A stretch of DNA of 56,991 nucleotides, the filler included, from Bipalium vagum (taxonomy: Eukaryota), in NCBI GenBank assembly GCA_037834085.1. It is 3 parts of 3 records of this genome, joined end to end, with 100 filler letters (N's around TTAATTAATTAA, not from the genome) between each part and the next. Parts side by side here need not be neighbours in the genome. Positions count along the whole stretch, not along the records: positions 41,203 to 56,991 come from JBBMKC010145693.1; 2 more parts are not named here. One strand, written 5' to 3'. The position numbers and the translations under genes are program-made. The stretch's first letter is position 1; each line of letters starts with the position of its first letter. Of the stretch, positions 47,329 through 56,991 are shown piece by piece. The notes beneath the pieces are model-generated. The model was not told the DNA's origin and made no database searches. It saw only the letters and a list, made by a program, of their open reading frames with translations.

Positions 47329-48669
47329 TATTAAATATGCTGAATATATTATTATATCTTTTTGAATCTGAACTTAAACTTTATAAAAATAGTTAATATT
47401 TTGATGAAATCTTTACAATTACCGTTACATATGATTTACTTAAATTTAATAACCTTTATCTTATAGCAAACTCAAATATTGAAAATAAATTGATTTCTTC
47501 AGTTACTTGTTTTTCGGATAAATGAGCGTTTTGTTCTCTCAGACATCTTTTGTTTTGGCCCACGACTCTTCTTTTCCTTCCCAATATTCTTGAAATGATA
47601 TCGAAATGAACTCTCATGCCTTCCGAATTTAATTCATATCAATCTAAAGGATGTACCAATATCTTTGAAAGATTTGACCATATCTTTATCTATATCTATC
47701 ATAACTAGTAAACTTTATGTACCAACCTATCCAAAATTACAAATTTTATATTATTTTAATTATTAATTATTTAATAAGTTTAGTTTGAAATGGGTATCAG
47801 AATACATTTTTACTATAATAAATATTTGAACCAATATTTAAAAAATATTTAAACAAATACCATTTTAAATTGGAGTTATTGACATATATCAACCAAAATT
47901 AGAACTGCAGCTGCTTATATCTCGGAACATCATAAGAAACTAAAAATGCAAAATTGTTTGTTTAATTAAATTTATAAACAGTGTTACTGGCTTAGGAAAA
48001 CATTGTTGTCGCACTGCACACACATATAGAAGATAAAATAATCTATAAGTATATATAAAACTGATTTTTAATTTTAAGATGTCTTTTAAGCATGATATTT
48101 TGTACCTTTTTGTGATTGTTAAAGTATTATATTTGTGATTAATAACGATATTTCAATAATCAAAAATGTTTATATTGTGTAAATATAATTTTTGCACAGT
48201 AATTCGCAATAGTATAAATTATATTTATATTAATATATATCGCCAAATCAGATATTTATATAATTCTTGCCAAAATTATATATACATAAACTTCATTAAA
48301 AATATATATTATATATAGCAAATATAATATTTATTGAGCCTTATTCAAAAAATATAAAAATTACCGACATGAGTATTTTAATATTGATATAAGCCAGTGA
48401 CAGTAAAAGGAAGGTATCATCAAAATGAGTTTTATATTCTGTCTATTATTCTTAATAGATAATAGTACTTATGCGATATAAAAATAAAACAATTCTGAAA
48501 TTTTTATAAATAAAATAAGAATAATGAATTCTTACCCCTATCAATTTTATTCTGTGTTTGATTGGCAAAAAAGTGCCAATAAACTGGTCTCTGTTAAAAT
48601 ATGCAGTTTTCCAAAACATGGGACAAGAAACAAATCTTAATGTATTCATGGTTTTCTACGGTTTTATGG

Positions 48670-48960
48670 GATATATTAGATTAGCTCATTAAGATTAATT
48701 AAATCAGTACCAATTGTGCGAACGGAGAATGAGATATTATTTATATCATCATTTTCACTTCCGAATCTAACAAACCATTTTTGGTATATGCGTTTTGATA
48801 AGACACGAACTTCATATACATAACATATTTTACAGACCTGTTTATGAGGTTCAATACCCTTTTCCAAACTAACATAATATTTATAAATAATGCAATGCGT
48901 GGCTTTTTTAAAATAATATTATAAAATATGAGGAAAATACAAATTTTTGTCATCCATATT
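48670..48960 (-). mobile_element. Mariner N-terminal HTH remnant
   Basis: KICYVYEVRVLSKRIYQKWFVRFGSENDDIND/N...RTIGTD resembles the mariner HTH (ICxVYG...LS.R.CQ.WF..F.SG.F.L.D..RSGRP). Confidence 0.65.
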
Positions 48961-49208
48961 ATAAAATGAATTTTGGCATAAAATTATGAAAATTTTAAAG
49001 GAAAAGTTGAGCAAATATGTTATAAAAATATTATGTAGAAACTCTACTTAGTTTATTTGCTAAGTAAATATTTTAAGAAAACCTCTCATTTAATAAACTT
49101 CCCCATATGCTTTAGATAATAATATAGAATTTTTAATGGATACATTTTAATTTTAATCAAAATTTATATACATTTATCAAATTTATGATTTCATAATTTT
49201 ATTAAATT

Positions 49209-50245
49209 ATTAGGTTGTATAGAGATAAATGTCGGTTTTTAACATTGAACTTCAAATGACCAAATGACAGCTTAAACAAAATTTTATTAATCAAAATAGA
49301 TACCTTTACATTTGCTAATTTATCTCGATTTGATAAAAATCTGGAGTTATAGATGTTACAAAATCTTCAAAGATTTTAATGACAGTATCATCATTCTAGA
49401 AATTTCTTTCGCTGAAGAACTTGCCCAAATGTTTGAAGAAGTAATAATCAGTAATGAGGATAGATTTGGTGAAACAGAATGTCAAAAAAAAAGCTAGTTC
49501 AATTTTTGTACGGTAAATTGCGCGACATGGAGAAGCAATGGGCCTTTCCTCTTGACCAAGGCTGGGTATATGCACTTCATTTTAAATACATTTTTTCGAT
49601 TTTCACACAATACTTTTAAGAGAAAATTGTTTGATCACATTTCAAGAATTTATAATAGATCAAATCAGTGGAACACAACCAAACAGTCACAAAAATCTTC
49701 CGTTCGTGCAACTTAGGTTTAGGAGGTTTATGTAGATCTTACCACTTTTGAGAAGGTTGGCGGTTGTCGTAAAGTTAGAAAAAGTCATAGCTGAAATAAC
49801 TAGCACTTGCCTAAGCTCTCGAACGCGGATTAGTCACACCCAGTGTCTTCAAATAGTCATTGGAGATAAAAGATTTTCGTCCACGACCATCTTTATCTTG
49901 AATATCTTTACCTTCATCCTTTAATCTCTGAAACCAGCATTGAGAACTACGTTCACTAGTGATACATTCACCAAATATTCGGTTCAAATTTCGAGCTGTT
50001 TGTGCAGTATTACCAAGTATTTTGTAATCATAAAGGAACACTATTCTAATTTGAATGTTTTAAATCTGGTTTTAAAATGCCTAAAAAATTTGGATAAATT
50101 ATATTTAATACAATTATTTTACTTAGTTTTTTAAAAGATTTGGCTTTAAGAAATAAAAAAATTTATATGAATAAAAAAAATTTTCATTTAACAATACATA
50201 ATACAAAAATGAAGTCATAAAAACCGTCATTAATTTCTTAAATTT
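49209..50245 (-). mobile_element. Internally deleted mariner element with both TIR remnants
   Basis: TIR pair ATTAGGTTGTATAGAGATAAATGTCGGTTTTT / AAAACCGTCATTAATTTCT. HTH IRIVFLYDYK...QTARNLNRIFGE...WFQRL...RGR. C-terminus RKGPLLLH...TDYYFFKHL. Confidence 0.85.
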
Positions 50246-51479
50246 ACAATTAATAATTCTGAAAATTTTTTATATTTTGTTATTTAAAAATTACATAATA
50301 ATAAATTTAATTTTAAAATAATATGAAACAGGAATTATGAAAAATGGAAGCAGAACATGATATATTTATTATTTTTAGTTTACAATTGGTGAGAGTTCGT
50401 AGGATTATAGAATTCTTGTACAAACAAAGAGAAGATATCTATCGCATAAATGTATCTCAGCTACCAGACGGAGATTTATTTGCACAACCATCAAGATAAG
50501 CTTCTTTGGCAATAGTTGTAAATAAAAGTCATCCTAAAGTAAAGAAAACGAAATAATGGAAAATTAATAACAACTTTAACAATGACTATTGGAATGATTA
50601 TAAAAATTGTTGAAAGATAGCAGAAAAATAATAAAATTAATACATAAATAGTAAATAAAAACATTTAACTTTGATAAAATAAGAAAAATAATGCTGATTA
50701 ATTAAAAGAAAAATACGTCTTCCAATAAAGATATGAAGTTATTTTTTTAGGTTGGTGCATATACAATAACGTTATTAGTTTTTATCGTTTTGAAGACTTT
50801 TTTTGAAATAAATGAAATTTTTCATAAAATAAATATATAACATTATCATGGTAATTCTTTTTTTAATAATATTGGGTTGTCTAATAAGTTTCCGCCGATT
50901 TTGCGAAAAAAAACTTTTACAGATACTTGTATTGTTATTTTAATTCTTTAAATATTTCAATTATATATTCAAATTTATTTAATTTATATTGAAAATTTAG
51001 TTTATAGCAAAGAGAGTATAATTTCTAAAGCTTAAACGGCACGGAAGAATAGAAAACAAAGTTCGGCATCAAAAGAGAACTAGGTAAAAATTCATAACAG
51101 TATTATCATTATTATTATTATTTCTACTTTACTATCATATTTCTAATTGATTCTTACTCTGTGAGTACAGCAGAGAAAGCAGTCACATTTAATTAAATCA
51201 ATCAATCTACAATTTGCATAATCTTAACCGATTGACGTGAATTTTCTAATTAAATCTTCTTATAAATAATTACTCGGTGCTTCACGGTTGATTAAATAAA
51301 ATTTTTTTGTTTTCCAACTTCTTCCTTTTTTGTTTAAAGTTTACACAGCCGCTAGCTGGTAAACTTTCTGAGGGCTTTAACACACTAGGATAAGCCTGTG
51401 TTTAAAGATTCTGATAAGTCAGCACAAAATCTCCGCAACCTTTGTAATTAAAACTTTGTCAAAGAATTTATTTATCAAT

Positions 51480-52432
51480 AAAGATTTTGTTTAAAAGCTG
51501 TATTCTCTTAGTTTATTTTTGATCGATTTTTTATCTTGTGTCAGTGATTATCTAGTGCTTCAACGTTCATCCATAAATCTTTCTGATAACACAAACTTTG
51601 TTAAGTAACCTAAAACCCCAAGCTAAGTTTTATAAAATCAACCATCCTTTTAGGAACTTAACAGTTCCATTAGATCCTTTTGTCGTGTAATGTTCAAGAA
51701 TTGGATCTGTTTTATCCCAAAAGATAGCAAGCATCACTTTACCAACTGATGGTGTAACACGAAACTTCTTTGGTGGTGTAGGAGAAGAATGTCTCCACTG
51801 TTTGCTTGGTCTTTTTGACTCAGGTTGGTAAAAATTAATCCAACATTCATCGCCAATGCTATCAAAGAAATCATCAACGGCGAACTTTTATCTCGTGGGT
51901 AGCTGTCTTGGAACCCACCTGGCAGATAGTTTTCGATATTTTAATACAATGTGATTGATGTAATGAAATGAGTCGTGACTTAGCATCATTTTAGAGGCTA
52001 CTTCATCAATTGATATCCGCCTATATTAGGAGATTTTCTCTGTTTCAGTTGTATTTGGTCTCTCAGATCGGGTTGCATCGCTCATATTTGTTAAATCGCT
52101 TTGGAACTTCCTATGCCATTCATATACCAGTTGAAGTGAAAAACAGCATCTCAATACTTTGATAACATTCTGCAATGAATATCAGCATGAATTTCACGTT
52201 CACTGCCTAAAAATCTAATTACTGTACGCATATCTTCTTTGGTGCATTCAGTTAGAGATACCGTCATTATTTTAATGCGATTATTAAAACAAATGCGAAT
52301 ATTAATCATGGGTATGAGATTTTTATTTATTTTTAATGTGTTTACTTATAAAATAAAAGGTATATCAAATCTCTACAAAAATTTTTTATTCTTTACAGGT
52401 AATTTAAGGTTACTTTTTTACTGACCCTCGTA
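51480..52432 (-). mobile_element. Mariner element remnant (TACGAGGG-terminus type)
   Basis: 5' TIR TACGAGGGTCAGTAAAAAGTAACC. CTKEDMRTVIRFL...VYEWHRKF...RRISIDEVA...YRKLSARWVPRQL...GDECWINFYQPESKRPSKQWRH...PPKKFRVTPSVGKVMLAIFWD. Confidence 0.88.
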
Positions 52433-53627
52433 TATTAAAAATTTTTCAGGTACTAGAATTTTCAAAATTTTATTTTTATTTAATAAAAATAAAATTTTCT
52501 TTATCTTTTATAATTTTTGTATTTAAACCTTTATAAGAAAATTTTGAATATATTGCTGATCTATCGCCCTTGTGGAAATTACATAAAAACCAGTTTTCTC
52601 TAATAAGTATCAATACTAATTTGAAGAAAGTATTTACCTAAACAAACCCTGTGAGACTACACAGAGCCTCAAAGAAAAATAATTAATTTCATAAAGAAAC
52701 GGAAAGATGAATTCATAAAACATTGTTAATTTGGAAAGAATTAATCTTAATGAACTTACATCATCTAATAAAGACTTTTGTACAGTTTGTATATTTTAAT
52801 AATAATTATTATAATTATTCAAACGACAATAGTTAATCAAACGAAAGCAAGTAGGATGTCGTTCGTGAGTTTAAGTGCCCTAATGGGATTTTTATTTAAC
52901 TAATAAATATTACTATAAGATACATTTCAAGAATTAATTATATTGATTTCTTCTTAACTGTCCTAGTGTAAACTTTCCAATGGTCGATATGTGTTGAAAA
53001 TCTTTATACCTTAGAGAGGAGCTGGATATGTCTACAATATAACCACACTAAATCACAAAATTTCTTAAAACTAAAATAATCATTTGAGTTACAAAGAAAA
53101 TATCTATTACAATATAGCAATATGGTCATTCAAAATCCAGTATTCATATCTTCCTTGCCATTCATATCAAAATCTAAAGTTTGTGGAATGGTCATTTCTA
53201 TGAATTATTTTTATACTCTGTCCTATGAAGTACTATTTTACTATGATAAGATCATTAGTAAACATGTTTTGCTAGACGTCTAAGCGTAAAGGGTATTAAA
53301 GATGCTTAATAACTTTATTTCTACTAAATCTTCTTGAGATTTAAAAATTTTAATAAATAATTCTACAAAATCGGATAGAATTAAAATAATCTTCACAACC
53401 ATCACGGTTTCAAAAATATTGTCAATAAGATAATTGTATATGGGGTCTAATTAAAAAACTAAAATATTTATAAAATGTAACAGTCTCATTGTAATTTATA
53501 TGATTCAATTTCAGTCATATTTCACATTTCGAAAGAGATGAAATGCTTTTGTTACTCATTATAGTGATAAAAACCACGTCCTACCATGGTTTTTTAAATT
53601 TATATTTGGGTCGTAGGGACGCAAATA

Positions 53628-53663
53628 TAACCTCTTAACCCTCTTAACCCTCTTAACCCTCTT
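53628..53663. repeat. (TAACCCTCT)x~4 tandem 9-mer
   Basis: taacctct taaccctct taaccctct taaccctct. Confidence 0.85.
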
Positions 53664-54169
53664 CCCTGTAAAAGGTTTTGTAAAAGACAGTATTTTTTGA
53701 ATGATTAAAGTTATGTTTTTTGTATTTCTTCATTTCCTAATTTTTTATGAAAAAGTAGCTCTTCAGTTCTGTTTTATAACCATTCTGCAGTTGGTATAGA
53801 CTATGTATACCATTATCATTTTCTAAAAACAATAAGGTTTTGACTTTTTAACTTGAAAATAGCGGATAACAATGGAATTAAAAAATTGTCTTTCAGAAGG
53901 TTTGAAATCAAATATATTTATATTTGAAATTTAGTTAGGGTATTTTAGGTGTTCTGAAAACTTAAATTAGGTAGGTTAATTAATGTGTATAGAATTTTAA
54001 AATGTATTCTTTTGTTTTGATTTTATTTATTATTCATTATCTATTTTCATATGTTACTTTTACGAAATATATTTAACTCATATATCAGGTCTAGTAATAA
54101 CTAATCTAAATTTTTAATCAAACTTCAAATTTTAATTAGAAAAACATAACATAAAATTCCAGTCAATGG

Positions 54170-55120
54170 TCAGTATTGTTATTTATCACTTTAAGCCATA
54201 TTACAAGTCGTTGATGAATTTCGTCTCGAAAAAACTCTGTTTGCTTAAAGCAATAAAATCTTCAACCCATTATCAGATTTAATCCAATGATTTGAACTCT
54301 TTATCATACAATGTCACTAAAATGACCGAAATAAATGAAAATAGTTATAGCAATGTCTGGTGAATAGTCCGGGTGCTCCATAATTTCCCAACCCAACTTC
54401 ATTATGGTGTAGCAATATGCTGCCTGACTTTGTAATGTAACAATTTAACATGACGTTTTCCTTTGCTAGAATAAATACGCTTCAACTCCGCATTTTGACC
54501 AAATTTTATTAATGAGCTGTTTTATGCATTGGGTTTTTTACCAGGTCCCAACTACTCGTATTATAGCACTTCCTTCATATTCCACCAGATACAGAGCATT
54601 ACATTATGTCCCAAATTATTTGGGTATACGACCGATCTTGATGGTTCTCCAGGGTTTACCCAAGATTTGGATTTTTAATAATGGATCCATTTTTCTTTCT
54701 TCTAAAAAATTATCTTTTTACAATTTCTATTGAGAATTGGAAAATATAATGCAAAACTTTGGTTTTTGTTTAATAAGCTAAGATTATATGGGATCCCTTT
54801 TCCGTCATTCTGGACCTTGGTCACTTCATGTAAGTGATCTGAAACAGTTTTCTGAGAAACCCCTTACTGCTTTGCAAGCTCCAACTGTGTCCGTACAACA
54901 TCATCAACCAGCAGTTGCTTCATATCATCATTGTCTATCTATGATACTAAAATCAACTTCTTTGAAGAGTTTTAACCAAAAAAGCATACACATTATACAT
55001 TGTCACTTCTTTGTCAAGTACAGGACAGATTGATTCATATACTCTTACATTTTTACATTGATAAAATTCATGTAAAGTATAATGATTAATGTGCATGTTA
55101 TCTGTACCCATGTTGAACAT
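54170..55120 (-). mobile_element. Near-full-length degenerate mariner (Mos1/cecropia-like) transposase
   Basis: DDDMKQLL...TQLELAKQ...TVSDHLH...EKWIHY...KSWVNPGEPS...VMLCIWWN...KLLHY...LGWEIMEHPDYSPDIA...HLFRS. Confidence 0.85.
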
Positions 55121-56799
55121 TACGGGAAAGAAATTTGATGAATCTTTTGCTTTAATATTTTCGATACTATTTGCCATTTGAATATTTGATCTGTACATCA
55201 ATTTTAAATTGATTTATTAAAACAATTTCATTACTTATATTATAATATATTAATATAATTATATTATATATCAATATTATATTATATAATGAAAATTTAT
55301 ATTATTTATTACTAGCGCAAATAATTGTTTCTCTTTATCCATAATCTAAGTACAATCTCCTAAGAATTACAAGATATACTTTGTTTTAGTATAAATAATA
55401 GAGGAATAAATAAATTTATAGAAAAGATTTTGATTGAAATAAATTATAAAATAATTTTACTAATAGTATAAGAATAATATTTCATTTAAATATCACTAAA
55501 CAAATATTTTAAAAATAAAAACATAATTTATAATGACAATGAAAAACTTATCATAATTAAAGATTTTCGCTGTAAAAATAAATCACCAAACTGTGATTTT
55601 AATAAAAATGAGTTTAATTAAATTTTTATTAGTTTTGATTTTTCAGTTTTAATGTGAGACAAAAATAAATTAAGTTGATTTCACATTTTCATTGAAGACT
55701 GAATTGATAATTTATTATTTTTTCTCATTAAGAACTGGTTTACTATGTATAAAATTTTATAAGACTTTTATATATGCAAATGGATTTTATAAGCTAAAAA
55801 TTATCTTTTATAAGCTTTTATTTTTTATTTAGAAATTTTGTTTAATTAAACTAAATTTATTTCAATTAAAATTAATTTAATATTTTATAAAAATAAATTA
55901 GACATTTTCTTTTCTTCGCGTTGTACTTGTGTAAAAAGTAGAAATATTTTTATTGTTCTTTAATTTGATAATTGTAAATTGTATATCTAAAATATTAATT
56001 GCTTAAACAACAAAATAAATTATATTCAATTATTTTTTGATCGTCATCAAGAGAAGATTAAATCATGCAAAACTGGAAAATAATTCCTGTATAAGCCAAA
56101 TATTTCTTAACAATGTCAAATTAGAAATTAAAATAAATTAAATAAAGTTAATTTAATTTAACTTAAGTCAAAATTTAAAGCTATAATTATAATTTCAAAA
56201 TTTTAATTTTTCTTATTTAATACTAATTATAAAAAAGAATTTATATTTTGCTTAATTTGATTTGAAATTTTTTTAAGAAAAATATTTTTTTGCGAATATG
56301 TATATATTTAAAGCGATGTTAACTATTATTATATCAAATATACGAAATTGTTGAAATGGTAAAAAATATAATTAACATGAATAATTTTGTTTTAATGATT
56401 ACATGAAACATATTTCAACTGATCCAATTCTATAATTATTCATATCATGCATTGATATTTATTGAATTTTAATAAAATAATTTTTAATTTTTCTTTTTTT
56501 GTTGAGAAAAAAAATGTTTTAAACTTACTTGCCAAAATTATTTTATATAAATTGCTTAAATGGTTATAATAAACTAGTTTAGAAATTAATATATATGACA
56601 GAACATGGGCCAAAAAATATTCTTTTGATAATGAAGCTTGGCCAAGTTCTTTGTGGCTATACTCATCTTCTACTTACTAACCCAAGATTTCTTTCTTTAT
56701 CTTATTCATTTTAGTTTCTTTATAAAACTGCTGTTTACTTAAACTAATTTTCAATACTTTTTTTCTTCTCTATTGTCTGTGTTGTTTTTGATATGGTTA

Positions 56800-56991
56800 T
56801 ACACTACCGTCCATAAGTTTAATCGCACCTGACAGAATTTGATTCATGTGGTTTTAAAACTTAAAAAAGACAAAACAAAAAAAACTAAATATAGACAAAT
56901 TACATTAATATATAAACGAACGTGTTGATCTTTTGATCACACATGTTGAGAAAAAAATGATTTTCCTCATTGATATCAAATGTCCGATGGA
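56800..56991. mobile_element. Tc1-like element terminus running off the window
   Basis: TA|CACTACCGTCCATAAGTTTAATCGCACC matches the TA-CACTACCG..AAGTTT Tc1 terminus pattern. Confidence 0.55.

Overview
Very AT-rich animal genomic DNA with spliceosomal introns and dense Tc1/mariner decay. It is plausibly a free-living flatworm (planarian), but that is inference only. The window is not one locus. It is three assembly scaffolds joined by artificial 100-nt spacers (44 N + TTAATTAATTAA + 44 N) at 22070-22169 and 41103-41202. Scaffold 1 (1-22069) carries the 5' half of a CSL/Su(H)/RBPJ gene (+) among mariner, pogo and ITmD37E-like remnants. Scaffold 2 (22170-41102) carries a 3'-truncated ERK-type MAP kinase (-), a complete intronless clan-2 cytochrome P450 (-) and a partial HGSNAT (+). 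Scaffold 3 (41203-56991) carries the 5' part of a protocadherin (-) followed by about 13 kb of transposon debris. Main observations: (1) a canonical U12-type (minor spliceosome) intron in ERK; (2) a perfect-identity, non-collinear patchwork of inverted copies with microhomology junctions in a CSL intron; (3) a PLDLR CtBP-type motif in the CSL N-terminus; (4) a motif repeated about every 90 nt inside the U12 intron; (5) a strong GC3 contrast between scaffolds. I found no evidence of a prokaryotic system, CRISPR array, rRNA or tRNA, and I cannot support a wholly new biological system.
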